The notes beneath the pieces were generated by a model. It was not told the DNA's origin. It worked only from the letters and a program-made list of their open reading frames with translations, and made no database searches. A stretch of DNA of 64,000 bases from an uncultured virus (IMG/VR IMGVR_UViG_3300033148_004307) (lineage: Duplodnaviria > Heunggongvirae > Uroviricota > Caudoviricetes): IMG/VR virus record IMGVR_UViG_3300033148_004307; one strand, written 5' to 3'. Shown piece after piece: positions 1 to 10,813 of the stretch (the stretch's first letter is position 1; each line of letters opens with the position of its first letter). The position numbers and the translations under genes were made by a program.

Positions 1-19
1 GTAATGGAGAGGATTAGAA

Positions 20-547
20 ATGCCACGAATGGAATCATCTGATGGAAAGCGAAAAACATCAGTAAGAGAACATGAGAGGAAAACACAATCAGGAAAATCC
101 ACTACAGTAAAACAACACATAAGGAGATTAAATGGTCGTGTTGAGTTTGATAATATCAAAGATTTAAAAAAATCATTATCAGAAAATCGTTTAAAATCAG
201 AAAAGAAAACACCAAGAATATATGGAAATAAACTTGACGATTCCTTATCAATAAAATATGACTATGAAAATACGGCATCCTATTCAGGACAGAGGAATTA
301 TACATTCTATGCTAGGGATACCGAAACAGATTATAGTGTTGCAATGTTGGAAATAGTTGAGTTTGACGATGAAATATCCATATCTATGATAGAGGTTGAA
401 AAAGAATATCGTGGCAGAAATATAGCTCAAAAACTACTAGAAAACGTAATGGATGAGTTCGAGGTTGATTATGTAGATATACAGTGGGGCTACACAACGG
501 GTTCAGGGGCTATGCTCAAAAAGAAATTAGATAAAATATATTTATAA
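20..547 (+). CDS. Leader-family-1 protein with C-terminal GNAT acetyltransferase domain
   Basis: Shared 37-aa leader; GNAT motif A IEVEKEYRGRNIAQKLL; RBS GGAGAGG. Confidence 0.75.
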   Translation: MPRMESSDGKRKTSVREHERKTQSGKSTTVKQHIRRLNGRVEFDNIKDLKKSLSENRLKSEKKTPRIYGNKLDDSLSIKYDYENTASYSGQRNYTFYARDTETDYSVAMLEIVEFDDEISISMIEVEKEYRGRNIAQKLLENVMDEFEVDYVDIQWGYTTGSGAMLKKKLDKIYL

Positions 548-585
548 ATAGAGATGAAATATGAAAGTAAAGGAGAGGATTAGAA

Positions 586-1869
586 ATGCCAAAGATGGAT
601 TCATTTGATGGAAAGAGAAAAACATCAGTAAGAGAGCATGAAAGGAAAACACAATCAGGAAATACCACTACAGTTAGAAAGCACGATAGAGAATTGAAAA
701 AAGTAGAGGTAGAATTTAAAAATCCATTAGACAATAAGACCGATATAATGCTGATGAATCAAAAAACTATTAATTATTATAAGACTCCCTCTGGAAAAGG
801 TTTTTCTCCATACAAAAAGATAACAGTATTAGATGATGAATATTATGATAAAGAGGCAGATTACAATAGAGGCTATGAATTTATAGAATCACTATTAGAA
901 AGAGGTGGAATAGATTTACAAAATCCAGAAATATATAAAGAAGTATATGATAGTTTAATTGATGCTGGATTTGATGAGAATACTGCTTTACGAGTAAAAG
1001 AACAATTTTCAGAAGAATATAATCGTGATGAAATTCTGAATATGGCAGTAGATGATGAATTTAAGAATAGAATAGAATCAATATCTGGAAAAGTATCAGA
1101 AGATACAATAAATAAGATTAAAGATTATCTAAATGAAGGGGATACAGAAAGTGCAGATGATATTTTAATAGATGTAGAAACAGGAAATTTTGATTTGGTT
1201 AAAATCAATCCTTATGATTATACAGAAGCATTTGAATTAGCAGATATTCTTACAGATTCACATGAAGCAAGAAATCGAGAGGATTTAAAAGAGCAATTAT
1301 TACAGAGAGGGTATGATAAATTCACAGTAAATGATGTAATGAAAGGTATCAAATTTGATGAAATGGTCAGTATGCCTGAACCACTAGAAGATTTAGACAA
1401 AAGTCAAATTGAAGATAGATTGAAAATGTTAAAAGAAAAATATCCAGAAATACGAAAAAGAGATTTTCATGTAATTAATAAGGAATTGGATAAAAATTAT
1501 ATCACTACTGCACAGGACTTATTGAGGGATATGGAAGAATTTTATACTGATAAACCCGATTTAGATAAGAATATAACATGGTTATTTTTAGAAGAACCAG
1601 ATAAAGATGCTTTTAGACATAATATCAGAACAGTTTTTGAACCAAAAGGGGTGGAAGTCGAGAAAAATTATCTTGACAATAAAACTATATTGAAATTATC
1701 TGAAAATATAAGTATGGAAATAGACCCTGTAAGTGAAGAATTTACAATAATGGATAGGAAAAATACAAACAGATTCTTAGAATTTGGTAAATTTGAAACA
1801 TACAGGGATTTAATTAATGCTTATAATAGAAATGCCCCTAAGAAAAATCAAATTAAATATAAAGAGTAG
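586..1869 (+). CDS. Leader-family-1 protein, acidic helical body
   Basis: 427-aa ORF, leader MPKMDSFDGKRKTSVREHERKTQSG...VRKHDR. Confidence 0.85.
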   Translation: MPKMDSFDGKRKTSVREHERKTQSGNTTTVRKHDRELKKVEVEFKNPLDNKTDIMLMNQKTINYYKTPSGKGFSPYKKITVLDDEYYDKEADYNRGYEFIESLLERGGIDLQNPEIYKEVYDSLIDAGFDENTALRVKEQFSEEYNRDEILNMAVDDEFKNRIESISGKVSEDTINKIKDYLNEGDTESADDILIDVETGNFDLVKINPYDYTEAFELADILTDSHEARNREDLKEQLLQRGYDKFTVNDVMKGIKFDEMVSMPEPLEDLDKSQIEDRLKMLKEKYPEIRKRDFHVINKELDKNYITTAQDLLRDMEEFYTDKPDLDKNITWLFLEEPDKDAFRHNIRTVFEPKGVEVEKNYLDNKTILKLSENISMEIDPVSEEFTIMDRKNTNRFLEFGKFETYRDLINAYNRNAPKKNQIKYKE

Positions 1870-1914
1870 TTAGGCACTACATTTATTAATTGAAATGAAA
1901 GGAGAGGATTAGAT

Positions 1915-2880
1915 ATGCCACGAATGGAATCATTTGATGGAAAGAAAAAAACATCAGTAAAGGAACATGAAAGGAAAACAAAATCAGGGAAGAAAACCAC
2001 CGTAAAAAAGCACGATAGAAGATTAAATCCAAAGATGATAAACACATCTAAATTACAATCTATGGTCAGGCTAATAGGTGGGGATGCACATCTAAAAAGC
2101 AGAAAGAACCTAGAAGCAATTGCAGAGGATTGGTTAAAAATAGCTAATGATAAAGATAAAAATGCTATGATAAGAGTGATGCAATTAGATAAATTCCCTT
2201 ATGATGTAGGAGATTTCATTACTGTAAATGAGAAAGATGATGCAATCAGGAAAGGATATAAATTAGATGTGATAACATCACGACCCGACTCATTTAAAAT
2301 CGTAGGTAGAGAATTTCCAGCTATGGAGAGATATAAAGGAATGGAAGTATCAACAGTAGAAGATTCTCCAGATTACATGGGAAAATCTATTGAATTTAAA
2401 GATGGAAGTGAATATCTCATTTTTGATGATTTCGATATGGCAAAATCCGAAGCCTATTCAAAATTGAAAGATGATATAGAAAGAAATCCAAGTAAATATG
2501 ATAGGGATTCACTAATGAGGTCAGTAGATAAAGACGATTTGATAAGAAATTTATACTTCCATATCAAAAGCGATAGAGCATTTTATGATATATTCAAAGA
2601 TGAAGTGAAACCAAAAACCCAAGAACAATGGGATTCACATGAAGATTGGTCGCAATTAAAAGCCAATGAAATCTTTGGAACATCATCAGGTTATGATGAT
2701 TTAGCTAATTATGGAATAGATTGGAAGGAACAAATAGATAGTTGGGAAGTAGCTAATGGCATCATAGGTATTAATGGAGTCCACCAAGTATTGACAGGAA
2801 GAAAGAAAACTAAAGCTGGAGAAATAACAAAATTAAGAAATGGAAAGCACATATATCAAATCAGGATGGAGAGAAAATAG
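1915..2880 (+). CDS. Leader-family-1 protein, unknown body
   Basis: 321-aa ORF with the same leader and RBS. Confidence 0.85.
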   Translation: MPRMESFDGKKKTSVKEHERKTKSGKKTTVKKHDRRLNPKMINTSKLQSMVRLIGGDAHLKSRKNLEAIAEDWLKIANDKDKNAMIRVMQLDKFPYDVGDFITVNEKDDAIRKGYKLDVITSRPDSFKIVGREFPAMERYKGMEVSTVEDSPDYMGKSIEFKDGSEYLIFDDFDMAKSEAYSKLKDDIERNPSKYDRDSLMRSVDKDDLIRNLYFHIKSDRAFYDIFKDEVKPKTQEQWDSHEDWSQLKANEIFGTSSGYDDLANYGIDWKEQIDSWEVANGIIGINGVHQVLTGRKKTKAGEITKLRNGKHIYQIRMERK

Positions 2881-2931
2881 AATGGAAAAGTATTAGGCAC
2901 TACATATTAAAAGTAATGGAGAGGATTAGAA

Positions 2932-3606
2932 ATGCCAAAGTCAGAATCATTTGATGGAAAATGTAAAACTAAAGTAAGAGAACATGAGAGGAAAACACAA
3001 TCAGGAAATACTACTACAGTTAGAAAACATGATAGGACAATCAAATGCGAATCAGAATCAGATATGAGGTTAAATAGAAGTGGTTTTATAAACAGTTTAG
3101 GATGGAAAAAATCTGGTCGTAAAGTAGTAATGCCAAGAAAAGCCGACTCTGAATTATCATCTTTATTGGATGATTTATCAGTAAAATATGGCTTAGTAAG
3201 ACAAAATCTAACTAAAGAAGAATATGACAAAAGGATGTTATATTTGGTACATGAAACTTTAGAAGATGCTAATTATCACACTCCTAATAATAACCTTTTT
3301 GCAGAATTATTAGGTAGACCAGATTTAAAAGGAAGAACAAATTACGATACTGCCCCTAAAACTAAAAGTGGAAAGATAGATTTCGATTCAAAGGAATATG
3401 ATGAATGGTTTAATGAAAACACTATTTATGGAAAGAAATTTGAAGCAATCACATCAGAATTTGAAGGTTCTAATAATCTGGTACATGAACTTAACACCAA
3501 AGCAGAATGGGAAGGAACGAAATCGTTGGATGTAATATTGGATAAAATGAGAAAGGATGGAAGTTGTAAGTTGGCAAATGGAATACAAACATTATTTTAT
3601 GAATAA
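2932..3606 (+). CDS. Leader-family-1 protein, unknown body
   Basis: 224-aa ORF with the same leader and RBS. Confidence 0.85.
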   Translation: MPKSESFDGKCKTKVREHERKTQSGNTTTVRKHDRTIKCESESDMRLNRSGFINSLGWKKSGRKVVMPRKADSELSSLLDDLSVKYGLVRQNLTKEEYDKRMLYLVHETLEDANYHTPNNNLFAELLGRPDLKGRTNYDTAPKTKSGKIDFDSKEYDEWFNENTIYGKKFEAITSEFEGSNNLVHELNTKAEWEGTKSLDVILDKMRKDGSCKLANGIQTLFYE

Positions 3607-3636
3607 TGTTAGAATAGGCACTACAGGAATGATTCA

Positions 3637-3828
3637 ATGGTTAAAAAAAAAACGAATAGAAGTTTAATGGTTCTCGTATTGGTAGTTGGAATCATAGCAT
3701 TTCTTTTATCTCAATTGATTTTGGGAAATATTATTGTCGGAATATCAACATTAATAGAAAATATATCTTCAATTGTGATAAGTGTTGTAATTTCATATCT
3801 CGTAGTTTCGGAATTAAATAAGAAATAA
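3637..3828 (+). CDS. Small two-TM membrane protein
   Basis: Two hydrophobic stretches; follows motif A. Confidence 0.7.
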   Translation: MVKKKTNRSLMVLVLVVGIIAFLLSQLILGNIIVGISTLIENISSIVISVVISYLVVSELNKK

Positions 3829-3987
3829 TCAAATATCGAAAAATAGGCTACGAGAAACCTATCTTAATAGAACGAAAACAGGGAGAGCAATAATATGTAT
3901 CGGGGTGGGGTAAATAGCCTAAATACACCCCTTAAAGCCCTTTATTTATGGTATGAGCATCCATACATACATTTTATTTTTGTTGAA

Positions 3988-4040
3988 TAATGTATACACA
4001 AGTATTTAAACCTATAGCTATTATGATGTATACATTATAG
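3988..4040 (+). promoter_or_regulatory. Archaeal promoter (AAGTATTTAAA) flanked by two TGTATACA palindromes
   Basis: TATA-like box 4000-4010 in a 230-bp gap; TGTATACA at 3991 and 4027. Confidence 0.55.
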
Positions 4041-4059
4041 AGTATTGGGTGGTAATATT

Positions 4060-4452
4060 ATGAAGAATAAATTAATACATATTAAAAAATCGAAATTCAT
4101 AAAAGCACTAAAAAGAGAATTTCATAATGACGAATTTTTTAAAACAAAGGTTGATAAAATAGAGATTGAAGTAAGTAAAACAATAAATGGTAAAAAGACA
4201 ATCACACTAAATGCCTATGGACTTGATTTAAATGAAGAAACCAAAGAATTAAGGAAAGATGAACAAAGAAATCTTGATTACCATAGAAGATTATCATATA
4301 CTTTTATAGAGAAAGAAGAAAAATTAGCTCTGATTTATCATATAATTGCTTTGTTATGCGACCATGAGTTTGATTTAGCAGAATATTGGAACTACATATT
4401 GGAATATCCAGATGAATTAGTAGAATCAGAATACGATGATGATTTTGAATGA
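4060..4452 (+). CDS. Hypothetical protein
   Basis: ATG after GGTGGT RBS. Confidence 0.75.
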   Translation: MKNKLIHIKKSKFIKALKREFHNDEFFKTKVDKIEIEVSKTINGKKTITLNAYGLDLNEETKELRKDEQRNLDYHRRLSYTFIEKEEKLALIYHIIALLCDHEFDLAEYWNYILEYPDELVESEYDDDFE

Positions 4453-4464
4453 GGGGATGATATA

Positions 4465-5164
4465 GTGAATCCAAGAGAAAAATGCCATTCTCCAGAATGT
4501 GATGGTAAAACAGATATGTTTCCTCTATACTCAAGAGGTTATGATAATAAATTTAAAAGAGCAATAAAAGAAAGAATACATGAAAGGACAGGAGAAATAC
4601 AAATTAGTTATGGCTTTATCTGTCCTATCTGTAAGAAAATACATTTTAGAATGAGAAAGAAAAAGTGAAGTTTATAGACCTAGTGATAATTAGGCATTAC
4701 AAATATTATGGTGGTAATATGTCAGATATAATAGATAAAGAATATTTAGTTAAATTAAGAAATTCCAACCCATATTATGAGAAAATTTTTGTAGAACCAA
4801 CAAAAGAAGAATGGGATAAGCTGAATACAACATTGAATGAGAATGGATTGAAATGTTTAGATGGATATTCAGGCAGTATTGGTAGAAGGTCATGGAATAT
4901 GTGTTGTGATAAATTAGAGGAATTAATTAAGGGGGAATAAATATGGACAAAGAACAGGGATTTTTAATTTTACAAGTATACATCATTTTATTCAGTATAT
5001 CATTTTATATGTTTACTGATAATGCAGTATATTTGGTAGTAGGAATGGCAGTATTTATTGGAAATTATTTTGCAAAAGATAGCATAGAAAGGCAGATAAA
5101 AAAGAATGAAGAAAAGGAAAAGTTACTAGGCACTACAGAGGAAGATGAACCAAAGAAAGTGTGA
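4465..5164 (+). other. Three small hypothetical genes (4465-4668 Zn-finger, 4719-4940, 4943-5164 membrane)
   Basis: Abutting ORFs each with RBS. Confidence 0.7.
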
Positions 5165-5201
5165 ACACTAAGGGCTATAAAATGAACAAAAGGGCTAAAA
5201 T

Positions 5202-5723
5202 ATGAACGATGAAATGAATGGCAATAATTATAAATGTGATGTAACAGGAAGTTTGATTATCACAGATAAGATTGGAAAATGGTGTCAATTACCTTATCCA
5301 AATCATAAACATGGATGCCCTAATTACAACAAATCAGAAAGATGCCCACCCAAATCTAAAAAGGTGGATGAAGTTTTTGACCTGAATAAAAATCATTGGT
5401 TCTTATTGTATAGATTTGACATGGGAACACATGAACAAAATATGAAAATAAAACATCCCAAATGGAGTAGAAAACAATGCAGATGTGTTCTTTATTGGCA
5501 AAAAGGAATTAAGAAGAAATTAAAAGATATGTATCTCGAAATGAAGAAAACTGACCCAGAATTAATTTATACAGATATTCCCGAAGCTCTGGGGATTAAT
5601 GTTATCTCTACAATCAAAAGGAACTTTTCAATACCAATAGATGTGAAACCAGATGCAGTAATATTCAAAGTATCTATGGTAGGGTATCCTATTACAAATT
5701 ATAAGCAAAGTAAATTAATGTAA
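5202..5723 (+). CDS. Predicted metal-binding protein, DUF2284-like
   Basis: C-x-PYP-x4-GCPNY-x5-CPP and late PEALGINV motif. Confidence 0.55.
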   Translation: MNDEMNGNNYKCDVTGSLIITDKIGKWCQLPYPNHKHGCPNYNKSERCPPKSKKVDEVFDLNKNHWFLLYRFDMGTHEQNMKIKHPKWSRKQCRCVLYWQKGIKKKLKDMYLEMKKTDPELIYTDIPEALGINVISTIKRNFSIPIDVKPDAVIFKVSMVGYPITNYKQSKLM

Positions 5724-5741
5724 ATTATTAAGGAATTTAAA

Positions 5742-6032
5742 ATGTGCGATAAATTAAATTATGAAATATTAACACTACCAGATGGTAAACAAATATTGGT
5801 AGACGGTTGTCTTTTAGAAGCTCTAAAGATTATCAATAATATGAGGGATTTTACTACTTTGGGATGTTGTTGTGGTCATGGGGTTTACAAAAAAAGTATC
5901 ATCATTCAAAATAAAATTGACAATAGAATATTTGAATATTATAATCAAGTTGAGATAAATAGGAAGAATAGATTTTATAAAATGGATAAGAATGGTTATT
6001 ATTTCTTACCAGAATTAGAATTAAATGGATAA
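5742..6032 (+). CDS. Small conserved viral protein with D-x-C...T-x-GCCCGHG motif
   Basis: Motif resembles the TYW3-like N-terminal signature; function unknown. Confidence 0.45.
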   Translation: MCDKLNYEILTLPDGKQILVDGCLLEALKIINNMRDFTTLGCCCGHGVYKKSIIIQNKIDNRIFEYYNQVEINRKNRFYKMDKNGYYFLPELELNG

Positions 6033-6047
6033 TAAATAAGAGGGAAT

Positions 6048-6269
6048 ATGAATATCAATATTATAGAATATATCGCCACAACTCTTAGCATAATCGGTTC
6101 GATTTATGTAGCTAGGATGGACATTAAGGGCTTTTATCTATGGTTATTAGCCAACATCTTATGGATTGTATTTGGAGTAGTGAACCTACTCTATGGAGTC
6201 ATTACGACCTTTGTATGTTTTGAAATCACTACTATATATGGATTGATTAATTGGAAGAAATCAAAATGA
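6048..6269 (+). CDS. Small three-TM protein, PnuC-like
   Basis: GFYLWLLANILW pattern, three hydrophobic helices. Confidence 0.5.
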   Translation: MNINIIEYIATTLSIIGSIYVARMDIKGFYLWLLANILWIVFGVVNLLYGVITTFVCFEITTIYGLINWKKSK

Positions 6270-6276
6270 GGATAAT

Positions 6277-6423
6277 ATGGATTTAGTACACGCAATAGCA
6301 AATTGTGAAGAATGTAGCTGGACTTGTGGATATTTAAATTCTCTGTTATTAGCTGGAAAACACCATAAAAAAACAAAACACAGAGTTCATGTTGAATTGG
6401 GATATAGTCATACTATTGGATAA
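6277..6423 (+). CDS. C2H2 zinc-finger microprotein (48 aa, absent from ORF track)
   Basis: Manual translation MDLVHAIANCEECSW...GKHHKKTKH; RBS GAGG. Confidence 0.65.
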   Translation: MDLVHAIANCEECSWTCGYLNSLLLAGKHHKKTKHRVHVELGYSHTIG

Positions 6424-6623
6424 CAAGTTGGTGGATTTATGAGTGGATGTATATGTGGTGGTCAACACCAATTAAAAGAATGGACAGATGAAGAAATTAG
6501 CAAACATATCGAAGATTCTATGGATGGTAGTTGCATTGATTGTTGGTGTGGTACGCCATTCAGAGTAAAAAATAAAGAAAACAATGGATAACAAATTGGG
6601 TTCATTGTAACAGAGGGATAAAT

Positions 6624-7031
6624 ATGGGTACATATAATGATATTGAAGTAATGGAAATAAAATGCAAATGTGGGGATATTCTAACTATTCATGGGGATTG
6701 GTATGAATGTGAAAATATAGAAGAATGTGGAAAACAAATATTTGGATTCGATAGGTTAGATGAATACATAAATAATATGGAATTTCTCTACTGCGATAGA
6801 TGTATGAGTGAAAGAATCCAAATACATGAAAAAGGAAGATGGGATTGTGTAGATTGTGATGATGAGGGGGATGTTAGACAATTAATAGAACATAACAATC
6901 CAAAAGCAGTAAAATGTAATCTATGTAAAAAAAGATTCAAATGTACTTACCAAATATGCGATATTACAAATCTTGGATGCAAAGAATATGAAAATGAATA
7001 TCATAAAAAAACCGATATTGAAGATTTATAA
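6624..7031 (+). CDS. Cys-rich multi zinc-ribbon protein
   Basis: Several CxC/CxxC pairs; follows motif B. Confidence 0.7.
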   Translation: MGTYNDIEVMEIKCKCGDILTIHGDWYECENIEECGKQIFGFDRLDEYINNMEFLYCDRCMSERIQIHEKGRWDCVDCDDEGDVRQLIEHNNPKAVKCNLCKKRFKCTYQICDITNLGCKEYENEYHKKTDIEDL

Positions 7032-7158
7032 CAGGAGAGAATACATTAATTGTTAGTGTAAACGTAGGGGGTTTTTGTTCTAGGCGTACTAACCCACTTC
7101 GGCATTTATAACAAAATGTATGGATAATTAATTGGTGTGAATGTAACAGAGGGATAAT

Positions 7159-7680
7159 ATGAATGAAGATAAAATAAAATGTAAAAAATGTGGTAATGAA
7201 TACGAATGTTTCTGTGAACATTGTGGTAAAGAATTTAAAGATTGTAATTGTGATGATTTCTATAGTGATAGTCAATGGATATGTACTGATTGCGATTTAG
7301 ATTTAGCCAAGAATTGTAAGCAATATGGTTCATGTGAAGATTTTGATTTATGCCCATGTAAGCATTATGGTAATATGAATAACATATATGAAAAGAATGA
7401 AAAGTTCCGACAAAAGATTGGAAAACAGTTAAAAGAAGATTTCATTCAACCCAATATGAATGAATTTGAAAAGAGAATGGAGAAACTAATGGAAGAAAGG
7501 GAAATAAGAGAATCTATAATCTGCCCTTATTGTTCAAGTAAACAAGATAATGATGATAATCAATATCCTGTAACTTATTGGGGGGATGAAGGGGATGTTG
7601 ATTACGATTGTCTTAATTGCGAAAAAACATTCTTAGTAACTGAAAAAGTTACTAGAGAATATGAAACAAGTGAAAAATAA
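7159..7680 (+). CDS. Cys-rich multi zinc-ribbon protein
   Basis: Many CxxC; C-terminal CPYC...CLNC ribbon; follows motif B. Confidence 0.7.
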   Translation: MNEDKIKCKKCGNEYECFCEHCGKEFKDCNCDDFYSDSQWICTDCDLDLAKNCKQYGSCEDFDLCPCKHYGNMNNIYEKNEKFRQKIGKQLKEDFIQPNMNEFEKRMEKLMEEREIRESIICPYCSSKQDNDDNQYPVTYWGDEGDVDYDCLNCEKTFLVTEKVTREYETSEK

Positions 7681-7731
7681 TGATGAAATAAAGGAGAGTT
7701 ATTATATGGTCAATAGGAACAGAGGGATAAT

Positions 7732-7920
7732 ATGAAGAAAATTATGAAAACAAAAGAAATAATAATGACGAAAACCCCAAAAGCTACTTATGATGAATCA
7801 GGGGGAGAAATTAAATATTATTTAGTAGAGATAGATAAAGAAATATCAGAATTATTAGAAATAACCAATAAAACATTATTAGAAGTATCTATTAGAAAGA
7901 TTCTCCAAGTGGAAGAATAA
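7732..7920 (+). CDS. AbrB-like small DNA-binding protein
   Basis: YYLVEIDKEISELLEI...LLEVSIRK swapped-hairpin pattern. Confidence 0.45.
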   Translation: MKKIMKTKEIIMTKTPKATYDESGGEIKYYLVEIDKEISELLEITNKTLLEVSIRKILQVEE

Positions 7921-7933
7921 ACAGAGAGATATT

Positions 7934-8390
7934 ATGGAAGAAAATATTGCTGAAGTCGGAGTAGTATGTTATGATGAATTACGATTAGCTGGAAAGAAAT
8001 GGATAAAGAAAGATATTAAAGACCTAGCCAAATTAGACAACATCACTATTAAAGAAGCTAAAAAGAAATATAAAACATACATAAACAGATGGCTAAAAAG
8101 ATTCTGTTTAGATGAAAAAGCATTAAAATAATCGTATAACAAAATGGGTAATAGTTATGACCATAATAAAAATTTCTAAGAATAAAGCTAAAATTTATTG
8201 TAATATTTGTAATAATAAAGTAACTGTTGGTTTGGACAAAACTGATAATGAATTTTGGGAAATACCAGATGATTGGCAATATGTACTCACAGAAAATAAA
8301 CCAAACACAATACATATTTGTCCAAAACATAAAATTGAATTTTCCCAATTTGTCAAAGAATATATAGAATGGGCAAAAGATAAAAGTTAG
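7934..8390 (+). other. Two small hypothetical genes (7934-8131; 8157-8390 Zn-finger)
   Basis: ORF track, RBS. Confidence 0.65.
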
Positions 8391-8410
8391 GCACAACAGG
8401 AAGTGGTAAT

Positions 8411-8641
8411 ATGAAAACAATGATAGTAAGAGGAAAGATTTTACAATACTTTGAGAAAGTACCTCACGCTGATACCTATGAATTATTAGACTTCATCAAT
8501 AGAAGCACTAAGCATGGAGTAACAACACAGGCTATTGGAAGTATTTTATCTAATATGGCAAAGCAGAAATTGATAGTAAAAATATCAAGCTATTCAAGAA
8601 ATAGTGTAGCTATCTGGGGAAGAAATAAGGAACAGGGATAA
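8411..8641 (+). CDS. Winged-helix protein, DUF3860-like paralog
   Basis: TYELLDFIN-x3-KHGVTTQAIGSILS aligns with 41939-42187. Confidence 0.6.
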   Translation: MKTMIVRGKILQYFEKVPHADTYELLDFINRSTKHGVTTQAIGSILSNMAKQKLIVKISSYSRNSVAIWGRNKEQG

Positions 8642-8642
8642 T

Positions 8643-10146
8643 ATGAACAAAGAATTGAAAGAATTTCTATTAGAGAAAATAGATGTAATGATAAGAGAAA
8701 ATGAGGATAAAATCAGAGAATTGAATGGACAAAATCTTATGACTATGATTTATAAATTACCATTTCTAAATTCATACAAGATTCAAATTGGGCATTATCC
8801 AATAAGAAATCTAATTGAGGGTATAATCATAAAAGATTGATAATAATTCAGGATGAATTTAACATGAATAATAATACGAAACCAAAAAGTTGTGAAAATT
8901 GTTGTAATTATAATTGGTGTTATTCTAAGAAAAAGAAACCAAAAGCAGTATTGGGGCTAGATTGTTGGGGTTAAAATGAATAATGGATGTTCGATTAGGT
9001 TCTTTTGTGATAGTGTAAATACATTAGAAAAGTTGCATGGAGATAAATATGCTGACCAAGAAAGTTTTGATGAAATGACCAATCTATTGGGTCAGGTAGA
9101 GAAATTATATCAAAAATTAGATGATATAGAAAAATAACAATTGTGGTAATATGAATTGTGTGTTGTATCTTGATAATAAAGATAATGAATTTAATATCTG
9201 TAAACCAGATGTTTGTGATAGATATGGGTGTAGATTGCATCCATGTTATAGTAAAGAAGCAGAATTATTGGATTACGAATTTTCAGAAATGAACAGATGG
9301 AGTATCTGGTCAATACTATTATTGATTCATTTAAATTTAATGCCATTAATTATTCTTTGGATTATCAACACTAGAGAAATACATCTTATAATAAAAATTA
9401 TCTCTAATGCCATAGCAATAATATTCTTAATATGGTTCAATGTTGTAATCTATATGGAATGGAAATATTGGGTAGCTAAAAAACAAAAGATTAGAGAATT
9501 TTATAGTAACAAAATAGGCACTACAGAGGGATAATATGAAACTACATGAAGAAACCACGATAAAGGACATAATAACAGTAGGAATAGGAATAAGTCTAAT
9601 CGGATACCTATTAATATCTACATTCTTGTGGAATCGTGATACATTCCCAATTATAGCCTTTATAGTGATACTATCGTTTTCTATCAGTATTCCATTTTCA
9701 TTCGTTTATGTCTATTTTTTAGAAAGAAAAGAGAAAAGAGAATCATTTGATAATAGAATGGGGGAAGATAATGGGATTTGATGTAGAAAAACACATGAAA
9801 GAAGCAAGAGAATGGGATGAATTATTGAATGATTCCTGTGAAGAATTAGTAGAAAAACTATTCGGAAAAGATGAAAATATCTCTCATGTTGAATATACAA
9901 ATCATAAAGATAAGAAACAAATATTGATTGAATTGAGAACATAAAGGAATTGATAGCATGGATATAGAAAAAGAATCATCAAAGGTATTGCTTGAACTCA
10001 AATGTCCATATTGCAAGAGGGATATTGATTATTCAGATGTGAAATCAGTAGTGAGTAGTTATAGAGCTTTCTTAGATACATTTGAGAATCATTTAATTAT
10101 CTGTCCAAGTAGGAAGATGCAACAAACAATCAATAGTTATAATTAG
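8643..10146 (+). other. Run of small hypothetical genes (8643-8840, 9151-9534 membrane, 9536-9781 membrane, 9771-9944, 9958-10146 Zn-finger)
   Basis: Abutting ORFs with RBS. Confidence 0.65.
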
Positions 10147-10169
10147 GCACTACATATAAAAGGGATTAT

Positions 10170-10598
10170 ATGGATGAAAATAAATTAAAGGAAATTATCT
10201 ATAGAAGATACAATCAACAAAACAAAAGAGCAGAATCATTAGGTTTAAATTCAATTCCTCTCAGAGAATATGAAAAAATATTCCAAGAATCAATAGACAT
10301 TGGATTCTTATGTTGTTATTGTAGTATAAAATTAAATTTGTATAGTAAATATCCATATAAAGATACACCATCAATTGACCATAAAATCCCTCTAACAAAT
10401 GATGGCAAACATGAATTAGAAAATATGGTATTATGTTGTTATAAATGCAATATCATCAAAAGCACTATGACCGATAAAACATATAAAGAATTATTGAATA
10501 GAATTAATTATGATTTAGGATTTCTTAATACGATATTCAATGAGTTGGATAAAGGAAGAAAAGCTAGTTTAATTAGTAGGCATAATTCGGTTAAATAA
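10170..10598 (+). CDS. HNH endonuclease
   Basis: CxYC...SIDHKIP...N...CCYKCN-x2-K. Confidence 0.85.
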   Translation: MDENKLKEIIYRRYNQQNKRAESLGLNSIPLREYEKIFQESIDIGFLCCYCSIKLNLYSKYPYKDTPSIDHKIPLTNDGKHELENMVLCCYKCNIIKSTMTDKTYKELLNRINYDLGFLNTIFNELDKGRKASLISRHNSVK

Positions 10599-10621
10599 TT
10601 CTAAAAGTTAAAAATCAGGTA

Positions 10622-10714
10622 ATTGTAACACAACATTCTATCTGGTTACAATATATGTGCAATCGTAACATATATAAACCTTAGTATTGGTTACAAATAA
10701 ATACTATTGTAACA
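10622..10714. promoter_or_regulatory. Cluster of GTAAC/GTTAC inverted repeats (operator or att-like site)
   Basis: ATTGTAAC-N15-GTTACAAT at 10622-10652, further GTAACA/GGTTACAA arms to 10714. Confidence 0.5.
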
Positions 10715-10813
10715 TTCATAAAACTATTATTAGGTTGTGCAAATCACTATTTCGCTACATAAAGAGGAAAAGGTAGCATTGAAACCTAATGTGGTAAAAT
10801 ATGAGGTGGTAAT

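Noticed and set aside
7032..7118. tRNA or structured RNA in a slightly GC-rich gap
   Set aside because: Could not build a cloverleaf; no T-loop consensus
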